From positions 4,319,467 to 4,383,466 of the forward strand of contig OZ220710.1 of NCBI GenBank assembly GCA_965116635.1: a stretch of DNA of 64,000 nucleotides, given 5' to 3'. The stretch comes from Thermodesulfobacteriota bacterium. GTDB lineage: Bacteria > Desulfobacterota > Binatia > UBA9968 > JAJDTQ01. Shown here piece by piece: positions 46,704-56,317 of the stretch (the first letter of the stretch is position 1; each line of letters begins with the position of its first letter). Under the pieces are notes generated by a model. The model worked only from the letters and a program-made list of their open reading frames with translations, was not told where the DNA came from and did no database searches. The position numbers and the translations under genes were made by a program.

Positions 46704-48008
46704 TCAGTCGTCGCGCCCCACTCCGCGGGTCCAGGGTCTGATCAGCAGGACCGTGGTGATTCCGGCGGCCCCCACCAGGCCCAGAAGCAGCCACGGCACA
46801 TAGGCGTGGCTGTGGAAGTGGTCGACGAGGGCGCCGGCCAGATACGGACCGACGACGCCTCCCCACATGTAGAAGAAGCTCATGCTGCCGCGGATGGTGC
46901 CGAACCGGCGCCGCCCGAAATAGTCTCCCACCGCGGCCCATATGACCGGTATCGATGAGTCCAGCACGCTGAACAGCGTGGCGAACAGCAGCAACCCCCA
47001 GAGCGTGGTGCTCCACATCAGGACGATGACCGCGATGAAGGCGAGCACCATGCACCAGGCCACCAGGCGTACCTTGTTGGTCTGATCGGCAATCCATCCC
47101 ATGATGAAATGCGCCACGATGTTCATGCCGTTGAACCACGACAGAGGGAGCGCCGCGGCGAGAGGCGTCAGGCCCTTCCACTCCATCAGGGGCACGAAAT
47201 GCACGATGACGGTGGTGTAGGCGGCGGTCCGGGTGGTCATCCACAGGACGAAGAGCCAGAAGACCGGGGTGCGCATGGCGCGGCCGGCTTCGTAGTCCGA
47301 CCCGCCGTGGCTCCCCGACCCGTCCTTCTCCGACCCGTCCTCCTGCTCCCCGGGCGACGGGGCCGAAGCCGACGCCGTTTCCGAGGATATCCGCAGGCCC
47401 ATGCTCTCCGGCGACCGGCGGATCCTCAGGGCCAGCGGCGCGGCCACGAACAGGAACACGCATCCAGCCGTGAACGCGGCCGTTCGCCAGCCCCAGAAGT
47501 GGACGGCCACCGCCAGCAGGACCGTGACGACGGTTCCGCCCACGGGCATGGCGGCGCTCAGGCAGGTCAGCGCCCGCGCGCGGTAACGGCTGAACCAGTT
47601 GACGGCGAGCACCGCCGGAGCGTGCACGAAACCCGCCGTGAAGGTCAGGGAGATGACCCCGGCGTAGATGATCAGGAAGCTCGCGTAGCTGTCGACGGTG
47701 GAAAAGAGAATGTAGCCGACGCCGCACAACAGCGCCGCGGTGAGTATGACGGGCTTGGGGCCGAAGCGGTCGATGAGGTATCCCGCCAGCGGGCCCTCGA
47801 TGGCGCCCTCGGCCCGGGCCAGGGAGAACGCCAGCGAGGTCGCCGCGTGGCCGATGCCCAGTTCTTTCTGGATGGGAAGAAAGTAGACCGTGAACCCGAA
47901 GCTGTGGAGTCCGCCGCCGATGGTGCGGATGAGGGCCGTCAGCCCGATCATCCGCCAGCCGTAGTAGAGGTCCGACAGCCGGCGGCGAAGACCCTTGATC
48001 GAGAGCAA
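46704..48008 (-). CDS. MFS transporter
   Basis: Twelve predicted TM segments with a central hydrophilic loop. Confidence 0.8.
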   Translation of the reverse strand: MLSIKGLRRRLSDLYYGWRMIGLTALIRTIGGGLHSFGFTVYFLPIQKELGIGHAATSLAFSLARAEGAIEGPLAGYLIDRFGPKPVILTAALLCGVGYILFSTVDSYASFLIIYAGVISLTFTAGFVHAPAVLAVNWFSRYRARALTCLSAAMPVGGTVVTVLLAVAVHFWGWRTAAFTAGCVFLFVAAPLALRIRRSPESMGLRISSETASASAPSPGEQEDGSEKDGSGSHGGSDYEAGRAMRTPVFWLFVLWMTTRTAAYTTVIVHFVPLMEWKGLTPLAAALPLSWFNGMNIVAHFIMGWIADQTNKVRLVAWCMVLAFIAVIVLMWSTTLWGLLLFATLFSVLDSSIPVIWAAVGDYFGRRRFGTIRGSMSFFYMWGGVVGPYLAGALVDHFHSHAYVPWLLLGLVGAAGITTVLLIRPWTRGVGRDD

Positions 48009-48088
48009 GCGGATTCACCCGCCGGACGGCCCGCCGCTCGACGTTCGGTTCATCGTCAACCGCGGCAGGCCGTCCGTTCGGAGTTGGG

Positions 48089-50374
48089 TTATTTCCCGGC
48101 TTCCCGTAACGCCCGCAGCACGTTCTCGGGGCTCAGCGGGAGCTTGCGGACGCGCACGCCGGTGGCGTTGCAGATGGCGTTGGCGATGCAGGCCATGGGC
48201 GGCACCGAGCCGATCTCGCCCGCTCCCTTGGTGCCGTAGGGGCCGGCGCCGGGATAGCCCGAGACGGTGATGGCCTCGATGCGCGGCAGCATGTTGATGG
48301 TCGGCATCAGGTAGTCGACGAAGGTCGGGTTCAGCGTCCGCCCGTCGCTGTCGTGCACCACCTGCTCGCACAGCGCCTGGCCCAGGCTCATGGCCGCGGC
48401 GCCCTCGATCTGGCCTTCCACCGCCTTGGGATGCACCACGAAGCCCACGTCGTGCACGGCCACGTACTTCAGCACCTTGACGTTGCCGGTGTCGGTGTCC
48501 ACTTCCACCAGGGCGGCGTGGGTGGTGAAGGGCTGGGAGCTGCCGCGCTCGCGCTCGTCGACCTGGGAGGCCTTGGAGTCGAAGTAGCCGCGGCCGATGA
48601 CGTCGCCGATCTCGTTGTGCCCGGCGTTGCAGACCGATGCCAGCGACACCGACCGGGACGGCGCCCCCTTGACCTGGATCTGCCGGTCGACGATCTCCAG
48701 GTCCTCCGGGCTCGCCTCGAGCTGGCCCGCGGCCATGCGCAGGATCTGGTCCCGGGCGTCCTCGGCCGCCAGCTTGACGGCGTTGCCGGAAACCAGCATC
48801 GAGCGGCTGCCCACCGTGCCCGCGTCCCACGGGCTCGCGTCCGTGTCCACGTTGAGCACGGTGACGTCGTCGGTGGGGATGCCCAGCACCTCGGCCACGA
48901 TCATGGGGATGCCGAACGGAGCGGCGGTGCCATAGTCCACCTTGCCGATGTGCACCGTGGCGGAGCCGTCCTCGTTCATCTTGACCACCGCGCCGCCGCC
49001 GGGGCCGGAGCCCTCGATCCACGCGCCCGTGGCGAAGCCGATGCCCTGGTTCTTCTCGAGCTTGACCGTGCCCCAGCCGATCTTCTCCTTGGCGAGGTTC
49101 AGGGTCTCCGCCAGCGAGCTGTCCCGCAGCTTGGGGACGCCGACGATGCCGTCGCCCTTCTCGGGCACGTTCTTCAGGCGGAACTCGATGGGGTCCATGC
49201 CGAGTTCGGCGGCGATGGAGTCCATGTGGGATTCCATGGCGAAGGTGGCCTGGGGGCCGCCGGGACCGCGCACCGGACCGCACACCTGCTTGTTGGTGTA
49301 GACCGTGAAGCCGTCCATGTGGATGTTGGGCAGGCGGTACCAGCCGCCCACCATCTGGGTGCAGCGGCCGCCGGCCTGGTTGCCGAAGCCCGAGTAGCCG
49401 CCGGCGTCGTACACCACCTTGCCCTGGCGCGCCACCAGGGTGCCGTCCTTCCTGGCGCCGGTCTTGATCCAGATCTTGCAGCCGGAGCGGATGGTGGTGG
49501 AGATGGTCTCCTCCGCCTTGTCCATGACGATCATCACCGGCTGCTTCGCGGTCAGCGCCAGCAGCGCGCAGATGGGCTCCAGCCCGGCGCTGGAGGTGAC
49601 TCCGCTGCCCTTGCCGCCGAAGCCGCCGCCGATGCCGGTGGAGATGACCCGGACCTGGTTCAGGGGCAGTCCCACGAGGTTGGCGACTTCCGTGCGCACC
49701 GGGAACGGCGCCTGGGCGTTGGCCCACACCGTGAGGCGGCCGTCCTCCTCGGGCCGGGCCGCGGCGATGCGCGGCTCCAGGTACTGGGGATGGATCATCT
49801 TGGTCTCGTAGACCTCGTCCACCACCACGTCGGCTTCCGCCATGGCGGCCTCGGCGTCGCCGATGTTCACCGCCGCGTAGCCGCACACGTTCTTGACCTG
49901 CACGCCTTCCGGCAGGTTCTTGGGCAGCGGCATGTCCTCGTGGATCGTCGGCGCCGACTCCTTCATGGTCTCTTCCGGATCCACCACCGCCGGCAGCGGC
50001 TCGTAGGTGACCTTGATCTTCCGGAGGGCTTCCTTGACCAGCGCCTGGCTGTCCGCCGCCACCGCCGCCACCGGGTCGCCCATGTAGCGGACCTTGTCCT
50101 TGGCGAGGATGTAGCGGTCGATGTAGGAGCGGCCGTAGCGCACGTCCGGCGCGTCCGCCGCCGTCACCACCGCGCGCACACCGGGGATGGCCCTGGCCGC
50201 GCTGGTGTCGATGCCGACGATCTTCGCATGGGCATGCTCGCTCCGGAGCACGCCGCCTGCCAGCGCGTCCGGCAGGTTCAGGTCGATGCCGTAAACGCCC
50301 TTGCCGACCACCCGCTCGACCCCGCCCTTGCGGGGCATGTCGGTTCCCAGGACCGTGTATTCAGCCTTTGCCAT
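48089..50374 (-). CDS. xanthine dehydrogenase-family Mo-hydroxylase large (molybdopterin-binding) subunit
   Basis: CoxL/aldehyde-oxidase large-subunit domains (Ald_Xan_dh_C, GGGFGGK). Confidence 0.9.
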   Translation of the reverse strand: MAKAEYTVLGTDMPRKGGVERVVGKGVYGIDLNLPDALAGGVLRSEHAHAKIVGIDTSAARAIPGVRAVVTAADAPDVRYGRSYIDRYILAKDKVRYMGDPVAAVAADSQALVKEALRKIKVTYEPLPAVVDPEETMKESAPTIHEDMPLPKNLPEGVQVKNVCGYAAVNIGDAEAAMAEADVVVDEVYETKMIHPQYLEPRIAAARPEEDGRLTVWANAQAPFPVRTEVANLVGLPLNQVRVISTGIGGGFGGKGSGVTSSAGLEPICALLALTAKQPVMIVMDKAEETISTTIRSGCKIWIKTGARKDGTLVARQGKVVYDAGGYSGFGNQAGGRCTQMVGGWYRLPNIHMDGFTVYTNKQVCGPVRGPGGPQATFAMESHMDSIAAELGMDPIEFRLKNVPEKGDGIVGVPKLRDSSLAETLNLAKEKIGWGTVKLEKNQGIGFATGAWIEGSGPGGGAVVKMNEDGSATVHIGKVDYGTAAPFGIPMIVAEVLGIPTDDVTVLNVDTDASPWDAGTVGSRSMLVSGNAVKLAAEDARDQILRMAAGQLEASPEDLEIVDRQIQVKGAPSRSVSLASVCNAGHNEIGDVIGRGYFDSKASQVDERERGSSQPFTTHAALVEVDTDTGNVKVLKYVAVHDVGFVVHPKAVEGQIEGAAAMSLGQALCEQVVHDSDGRTLNPTFVDYLMPTINMLPRIEAITVSGYPGAGPYGTKGAGEIGSVPPMACIANAICNATGVRVRKLPLSPENVLRALREAGK

Positions 50375-50433
50375 GGGTCCTCACTCCTTCCCATCCGTTT
50401 GAGGAAGCTCTGATCAATTGTCGCCGAACCAAG

Positions 50434-50677
50434 ATGGCGCCCTTCGACTTCGCTTCGCGAAGCCTGTCCTGAGCCTTGTCGAAGGGCTCAGGACGAACGG
50501 CGGTGGGTCCATGTTTCGTCCTGAGTCCTTCGACAAGCAAAGGATCCGCAGTACAAAGGACAACTCGTTCATCCTCTCACTGAACCCTTCGATAAGCGAA
50601 GTATCCGTTGCACAATGGACAACTCGTTTATCCGTTCGTCCTGAGCGTAGCGAAGCGAAGTCGAAGGGCGCCATCTT
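50434..50677. mobile_element. MITE-like palindromic repeat, copy 7, inserted between the small- and large-subunit genes of the Mo-hydroxylase operon
   Basis: Its ends are GGCGCCCTTCGACTTCGCTTCGCGAAGCCTGTCCTGAGCC and the inverse CGTCCTGAGCGTAGCGAAGCGAAGTCGAAGGGCGCC. Confidence 0.75.
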
Positions 50678-50703
50678 TCACAATCGCAATACGCCAGTGT
50701 TGC

Positions 50704-51171
50704 CTACGCCATCCGCCTGGCGGCCAGCTCCACCGCGTCGAAGATCTTCGTGTAGCCGGTGCACCGGCAGATGTTGCCCGAGATGGCTTCCTCGACGTCC
50801 TCGGCCGTGGGGCTCTTGGTGCGGTCGAGCAGGGCCTTGAGGGAGACGATGAAGCCGGGCGTGCAGTAGCCGCATTGCACCGCGCCGGTGTCGATGAAGG
50901 CCTGCTGCACCGGGTGCAGCTCGTCGCCGTCGGCGATGCCCTCGACGGTGACCAGGTCGGCCCCGGCCGCGTCGGCTCCCAGCACCACGCAGGAGTTCAC
51001 CGGCTTGCCGTCCATGATGATGGTGCAGGCGCCGCACTCGCCGGTGTTGCAGCAGAGCTTGACGCCCTTGTAGCCCAGCGTGTCGCGCAGAAAGTCCACC
51101 AGCGCGGTGGACGGCTCCAGCTCGGCCGTATGGTTGTTGCCGTTTACCTTCAGCGTGATCTCAAGGCCCAT
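50704..51171 (-). CDS. (2Fe-2S)-binding small subunit of Mo-hydroxylase
   Basis: CNTGECGACT and CGYCTPG...CRCTGY motifs. Confidence 0.9.
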   Translation of the reverse strand: MGLEITLKVNGNNHTAELEPSTALVDFLRDTLGYKGVKLCCNTGECGACTIIMDGKPVNSCVVLGADAAGADLVTVEGIADGDELHPVQQAFIDTGAVQCGYCTPGFIVSLKALLDRTKSPTAEDVEEAISGNICRCTGYTKIFDAVELAARRMA

Positions 51172-52040
51172 CAGGCCACCTCCTTACCGGTTAACGCTTG
51201 CCAGCACTGTTCCAGCCCCCGGCGCGTCAGCGCGTCTACGATCCAGCCGCGGTACTCGCCGCTGCTGCGCTGGTCGGTAATCGGGCTCGACTCGGATGCC
51301 GAGCTTGTGCCGGCCTCCTTCAAGAGGGCCGCGTCAAGCGCCTTGCCACTCACCATGGCCTCTGTCCTGGAGGCGCGGATGGGCGTGGGCGCCACCGCCC
51401 CCAGGCCGATGCGGACGTCGTCCAGCGCGGTCTTGTCCGCGTTGGCCGTCGCCATCACGGCGACTCCCACCATGGCGATGTCCATGGGGCCGCGCACCGC
51501 GTGCTTGAGGTACGCGGCATGGCTTCCGGCCGCGGGGAAGGGCACCGTGATGCCCGTCAGCAGGCCCTTGGAGCCGAGGCTCGTCTGGCCCGGGCCGCGA
51601 AAGAACGCGCTGAACGGCTCGGTGCGGGCGCCGTCGGAGAAGGCCAGCTCGGCCTGGGCCTCCAGCACCAGCAGCGGCGCCAGGGTCTCCCCGGAAGGAG
51701 AGGCCCGGCAGATGTTGCCGCCGATGGTGGCGGTGTTGCGGATCTGCAGCGAGGCGAACTGGTGCGCCGCCTGCCACAGGAGCGGCAGCCGCTCGCGCAC
51801 GAGGTCGCTCTCCTCGAGGTCGTGGATGGTGGCCAGCGCCCCGATGCGGACGCCGCCGTTGTCCTCGCCGATGGCGGTCAGGTCCGGGATGCGCTTGATG
51901 TTCACCAGGCAGCCCGGCTCCTCGCTGTACTTGATGTCCACCATCACGTCGGTGCCGCCGGCGATGACCTCCGCCTGCTCGCCGTGCCGGTCCAGCAGCG
52001 AAAGCGCCTCGTCGACGGTCTTGGGTTCGAAGTAGTCCAT
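51171..52040 (-). CDS. FAD-binding medium subunit of Mo-hydroxylase
   Basis: AGGTDV and the CO-DH flavoprotein C-terminal domain. Its stop overlaps the small-subunit start. Confidence 0.85.
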   Translation of the reverse strand: MDYFEPKTVDEALSLLDRHGEQAEVIAGGTDVMVDIKYSEEPGCLVNIKRIPDLTAIGEDNGGVRIGALATIHDLEESDLVRERLPLLWQAAHQFASLQIRNTATIGGNICRASPSGETLAPLLVLEAQAELAFSDGARTEPFSAFFRGPGQTSLGSKGLLTGITVPFPAAGSHAAYLKHAVRGPMDIAMVGVAVMATANADKTALDDVRIGLGAVAPTPIRASRTEAMVSGKALDAALLKEAGTSSASESSPITDQRSSGEYRGWIVDALTRRGLEQCWQALTGKEVA

Positions 52041-52237
52041 GGGTACGTACTCCCGCGTGTGTTCTTGAGTTTGCCCTTCGCCCGTGTGTCTGAGGCTTCT
52101 CTTAGCCCAGTCGCAGGGCGGATGGCAAGACGCGCCGGAGAGGGTTCCAGTTGTCCGGGCGTGGTGTTATTGTCGTGGCGGGTTTGTGGCGTCGCTTGCC
52201 GGCGCCCTTGGACATCCCATTCCGGAGGAACGACCAT

Positions 52238-53246
52238 GGCGAAGGACAGCACCGAATACCGGGAGCACTGGGGCAGGGAAGGCTTCGCGGGGACGGGGGT
52301 GAACGTCACCCGCACGCACCACAGCCCCGATTTTCTTTCGGTCACCGGCCCGCACGTGCCCCACCGGCTCAACGTCGGCGCCGTGGCGCTGCCGGACCGC
52401 GAGGATGCCGAAGCGCTGCCGGTGCCGTTCCACGCCGGGCGCACGGGCGTGCAACTGAGCGCGTCCGGGCGCGCCCACCCGATGCCCTTCGTGGTGTCCA
52501 ACGTCGAGGCCGACGAGGTGCACTTCGTGCAGGAAGGAGGGCTGGAGTTCCGGACCGCCTACGGCACGCTGACCGGCGAGCCGGGCGACTTCGTGGTGAT
52601 CCCGCGCGGCATTCCCTACCGGGTGCGGCCCCTGGCGGGGTCGAGCCTTTCCGTCATCATCGAGACCCCGGGCGCGCTCCGCTTCGATCCGTCGCCCACC
52701 TTCGGCGCCGGCCTCCGGCGCGCGGTGATCGGCGAGGACGAAGCCCAGGACGTGGAGACGGTGCTGCTGCTCAAGTGCTTCGACGGCGTCACCCGGTACC
52801 TCAAGCCCACCAACCCGCTGGCGACCCAGGCCCTCGCCGACGGCCCCAGCCCGGTGTGGAAGCTGAACCTCAGGGACGTCCCCACCGATCCCAACGGTCC
52901 TCCGGTGCAGTTCATTGCGTCGCCCGGCCGGGACGAGCTGTTCTACAACCTGAGCGCCCGCCACCGGCGGCGTCCGCCCATCCATAACAACGTCGACTAC
53001 GACGAGCTGATCTACTACTTCGAGGGCCCCGGCGCCTGGGGCGGCGTGGACGAGCCGGGCATGCTGACCTGCGTGCCCAAGGGCGTGATACACCACGGCC
53101 CCTCCGAGGACGTGCCCGAGGGCTACTACGCCTGGATGCTGGAGTCGCGCTGCACCCTGCGCCTCACCGACGCCGGCGCCGCCGCCGCGGAGCTCATGGA
53201 GACCGACTTGTACGGCCCCCACGCCACGACGGAAGGGTTCCGCTGA
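52238..53246 (+). CDS. cupin-fold dioxygenase-like protein (homogentisate 1,2-dioxygenase-like, short form)
   Basis: It is divergent from the Mo-hydroxylase operon. The HGO-like block NNVDYDELIYYFEG is present. The track ORF 51198.. is antisense upstream of the ATG at 52238. Confidence 0.45.
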
Positions 53247-53272
53247 ATTGGTTCCTGAAAGGCAAGGTATCG

Positions 53273-53494
53273 TTACCCACCGAACGAGTCGTCGAGCTTG
53301 TCGAGGATGCGCAGCCCAGCATCTATGGAACCACGGGCCGCGATCGCCCGAAACCGGGTCTCCGCATCGTGCTGTGCGATGACGATCGTGGAGAGCTCCT
53401 CCACCAGCTTGTTCACGCTCATCCGCCGACTCTTGGCGATCTCCTTCAGTCGGCCGTGCGTATCATCAGGCAAACGGATGGTCACCGTCGACAT
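53273..53494 (-). CDS. ribbon-helix-helix (CopG-like) antitoxin
   Basis: MSTVTIRLPDDTHGRLKEIAKSRRMSVNKLVEEL is an RHH motif. Confidence 0.6.
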   Translation of the reverse strand: MSTVTIRLPDDTHGRLKEIAKSRRMSVNKLVEELSTIVIAQHDAETRFRAIAARGSIDAGLRILDKLDDSFGG

Positions 53495-53497
53495 CTT

Positions 53498-53683
53498 TCA
53501 TTCCTCCATGATCAACTCACTGGGTGTTAGCACGCGTAACCCCGGGAAACGCAATTCCGTGCGACCGAAATCGCGCTGATTGTGGGTAACGATGACCTCG
53601 GCCCCTCCGGCTACCGCAAGCTCAATCAAATGATTGTCCGATTCGTCCGGAAGATTAGGTCTCCATAGGTAGTACACTCGCAC
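53498..53683 (-). pseudogene. PIN-domain toxin, C-terminal half only (N-terminus missing)
   Basis: NHLIELAVAGGAEVIVTHNQRDF matches the C-terminal block of TIGR00305-type PIN toxins, but the ORF is only 61 aa. Confidence 0.4.
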
Positions 53684-53736
53684 CCAACGGATAACGTATT
53701 CGTGGACACACGTGTGAACACAATCGACACATATCG

Positions 53737-55017
53737 GTGCGGCGGCTACCTTTCCGGCGGATCGGGAGGGTGCCGCCGGAAGCGGGTTGGGTCGCGGTGT
53801 TGTCTGTAAGGCGGAGCGGCGGCGGCCTGTCGTCTCTGGACGTTCGTGACTTCCGGCTGCTCTATATCGCTCTTTTCGGAACCTCGGTCAGCTATCAGCT
53901 CCAGCGCACGATCGAGCTCTGGCTGGTCTACGATCTTACCGGCTCGCCGCTGTTGACCGGTTTCACCGGGCTGGTCCGGGGCCTGGCCACGCTGGTATTC
54001 CAGCTCGCCGGAGGAGTCTTGGCCGACCGTATCGACCGGCGCCGGTTCGTGATCCTGGTTCAGGGCGTGAATGCCCTGATCACCCTGTCCCTGGGGACGC
54101 TGGCCCTCACCGGGCTCATCGCGGTTTGGCACATCTACCTGGCGGCCTTCGTGAACGCGACCCTGACCACCGCGGCCGGACCGGCGCGGACTGCCATGGT
54201 CCCCGGGCTGGTGCCGCGGGAGCTGCTGGTCAACGCCTTCGCGCAAATCGCGTCCGTCCGCAAACTGTCGCAGCTCGTGGGCCCCGCGGTGGGCGGCGTC
54301 CTGATCGGCGTCGCTGGCTCCGGATGGACCTACGCGGTGGCCTGCCTGATCTATATCGTGTCGGTCCCGATCATGGTCTGCATGCGCTACGAGTCCGGGC
54401 CGCTGGACCGGGAGCAGTCCCCGGTGAAGAGCCTGCTCGAAGGGATCGCCTTCATCCGGCGCAACTCGCTGATCGTGGTCCTGCTGGTGACCGAGTTCGC
54501 GGCGGTGTTCTTCGGCAGCTACCGGGCGCTGCTGCCGATCTTCGCCGTGGCCATGGGCCTCGGCCCCGAAGGCCTGGGCATCCTGCTGGCGGCGCCGGCC
54601 CTGGGTTCGCTTCCCGGGGTGGGCGCGGTCATGTGGCTGGGGAACATCTCCTACAAGGGCCTGTTCATCTCGTTCAGCGTCATCGCCTACGCCGGCTGCC
54701 TCTTCGGGCTGGCGTTCTCGACGTGGTTTCTCGGGTCGGTGGCGATCCTGTTCCTGGTGGGGGTCTTCGACGCGCTGCAAGCCGTGGTGCGCCAGGTCGT
54801 GATCCAGGCCCGCACCCCGGACAACCTGAGAGGGCGCGCCGCGAGCTTCCAGCGCATACTGGGCGTGGGCGCCCCGTCCCTCGGCGAGGCCCACTCCGGA
54901 GCCGTCGCCGCGCTGATCGGCGCACCCTGGACCTTGGTGGTCACCGCGGCGGTCTGCATCGGGATCACCGCGGGGCTGGTAATAAAGCGGCCGGACCTGC
55001 GGGACAGGGACCTGTGA
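53737..55017 (+). CDS. MFS transporter (EntS/enterobactin-exporter-like)
   Basis: Twelve TM segments. The true start is probably a few codons downstream of 53737. Confidence 0.75.
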   Translation: MRRLPFRRIGRVPPEAGWVAVLSVRRSGGGLSSLDVRDFRLLYIALFGTSVSYQLQRTIELWLVYDLTGSPLLTGFTGLVRGLATLVFQLAGGVLADRIDRRRFVILVQGVNALITLSLGTLALTGLIAVWHIYLAAFVNATLTTAAGPARTAMVPGLVPRELLVNAFAQIASVRKLSQLVGPAVGGVLIGVAGSGWTYAVACLIYIVSVPIMVCMRYESGPLDREQSPVKSLLEGIAFIRRNSLIVVLLVTEFAAVFFGSYRALLPIFAVAMGLGPEGLGILLAAPALGSLPGVGAVMWLGNISYKGLFISFSVIAYAGCLFGLAFSTWFLGSVAILFLVGVFDALQAVVRQVVIQARTPDNLRGRAASFQRILGVGAPSLGEAHSGAVAALIGAPWTLVVTAAVCIGITAGLVIKRPDLRDRDL

Positions 55018-55039
55018 ACCGCCGGAGGAACGGAATTCC

Positions 55040-56317
55040 GTGGACACGAGTGTCACCGTCATTGTGATCGCGGCGATCTGCTCGGGTCTCTATATGGCCT
55101 GGGCGATCGGCGCCAACGATGTGGCGAATTCGATGGGGACGTCCATCGGGGCGGGGGCCGTCACGGTAGGCGGCGCCATCCTCATCGCCGGAGTGTTCGA
55201 GTTCCTCGGGGCGTTTCTGGCCGGCGGCGAGGTCACCTCGACGATCCGCAAGGGCATCATCGACGCCGGGGCGCTCGAGCATGACCCGGACCTGCTCGTC
55301 ACCGGCATGTTGTCGGCGCTCCTGGCCGCCGCGGCCTGGTTGACCGTGGCTTCCAGATTCGGCTGGCCCGTATCGACGACGCACTCGATCGTCGGCGCGA
55401 TTATCGGATTCGCGGTGGCGGCGATCGGATTCGAGGCTGTGCACTGGCGGGAGGTGGCAACGATTGCCGCGAGCTGGGTCGTCACGCCCATCCTCGCGGG
55501 AACCATCTCGTATCTCCTGGTGCTGAGCGTGCAGCGGCTGATCTTCGACAAGGACGATCCGGCCGTGTACGCGCGCCGTTACGTTCCGGTGTACATCTTC
55601 GCCGCGGCGCTCGTGACCTCGATGGTGACGTTCGTCAAAGGCCTGAAGCACGTCGGCATGGATTTGAGCGCGCCGACGGCGATACTCTATTCGGTGCTCC
55701 TGGCCGGCGTCGTGGCGTTCGTCGGTCGCTTGGTCATCGATCGCGGGAGCTTCCGGAGCCTCGAGTCGCCTGCCGGGGGACAATCGCGCTTTACCGACGT
55801 CGAGAGGGTGTTCGGAGTCCTCATGATCGTCACCGCGTCGGGAATGGCGTTCGCCCACGGCTCCAACGACGTCGCCAACGCCGTCGGACCCGTGGCCGCT
55901 ATCATGGGCGTGGTGTCCATGGGCGAGGTGGCCCACAAGTCGGCGGTTCCGCCCTGGGTTCTGCTGATCGGCGCCTTGGGCATCGTCGTCGGCCTGGCGA
56001 CGTTCGGGTACCGGGTCATGGCGACGATCGGAAGAAAGATCACCGAGCTTACGCCGAGCCGTGGATTCGCCGCCGAGTTCGCCGCCGCCACGACAGTGGT
56101 GGTGGCAAGCGGCACGGGACTGCCGGTGTCGACGACCCAGACACTCGTGGGCGCCGTGATGGGCGTCGGTCTGGCCCGCGGCATGGGCGCTCTCGATTTC
56201 GGCGTGGTCCGCACGATATTCGTGTCCTGGATCGTGACGCTTCCTGTCGGGGCGGTACTGGCGGTGGTATTCTATTACCTCCTGACGCTGGTGTCGGCGC
56301 GAGGCGCCGGGCTATGA
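55040..56317 (+). CDS. inorganic phosphate transporter, PiT family
   Basis: The duplicated GANDVANS motif has an N-terminal copy AIGANDVANSMGTS and a C-terminal copy AHGSNDVANAVGP. Confidence 0.85.
   Translation: MDTSVTVIVIAAICSGLYMAWAIGANDVANSMGTSIGAGAVTVGGAILIAGVFEFLGAFLAGGEVTSTIRKGIIDAGALEHDPDLLVTGMLSALLAAAAWLTVASRFGWPVSTTHSIVGAIIGFAVAAIGFEAVHWREVATIAASWVVTPILAGTISYLLVLSVQRLIFDKDDPAVYARRYVPVYIFAAALVTSMVTFVKGLKHVGMDLSAPTAILYSVLLAGVVAFVGRLVIDRGSFRSLESPAGGQSRFTDVERVFGVLMIVTASGMAFAHGSNDVANAVGPVAAIMGVVSMGEVAHKSAVPPWVLLIGALGIVVGLATFGYRVMATIGRKITELTPSRGFAAEFAAATTVVVASGTGLPVSTTQTLVGAVMGVGLARGMGALDFGVVRTIFVSWIVTLPVGAVLAVVFYYLLTLVSARGAGL

Noticed and set aside
51198-53246. 682-aa ORF as a single gene
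   Set aside because: The N-terminal ~345 codons run antisense across the Mo-hydroxylase medium/small subunit genes. The real gene starts at the ATG at 52238 (MAKDSTEYREHW).
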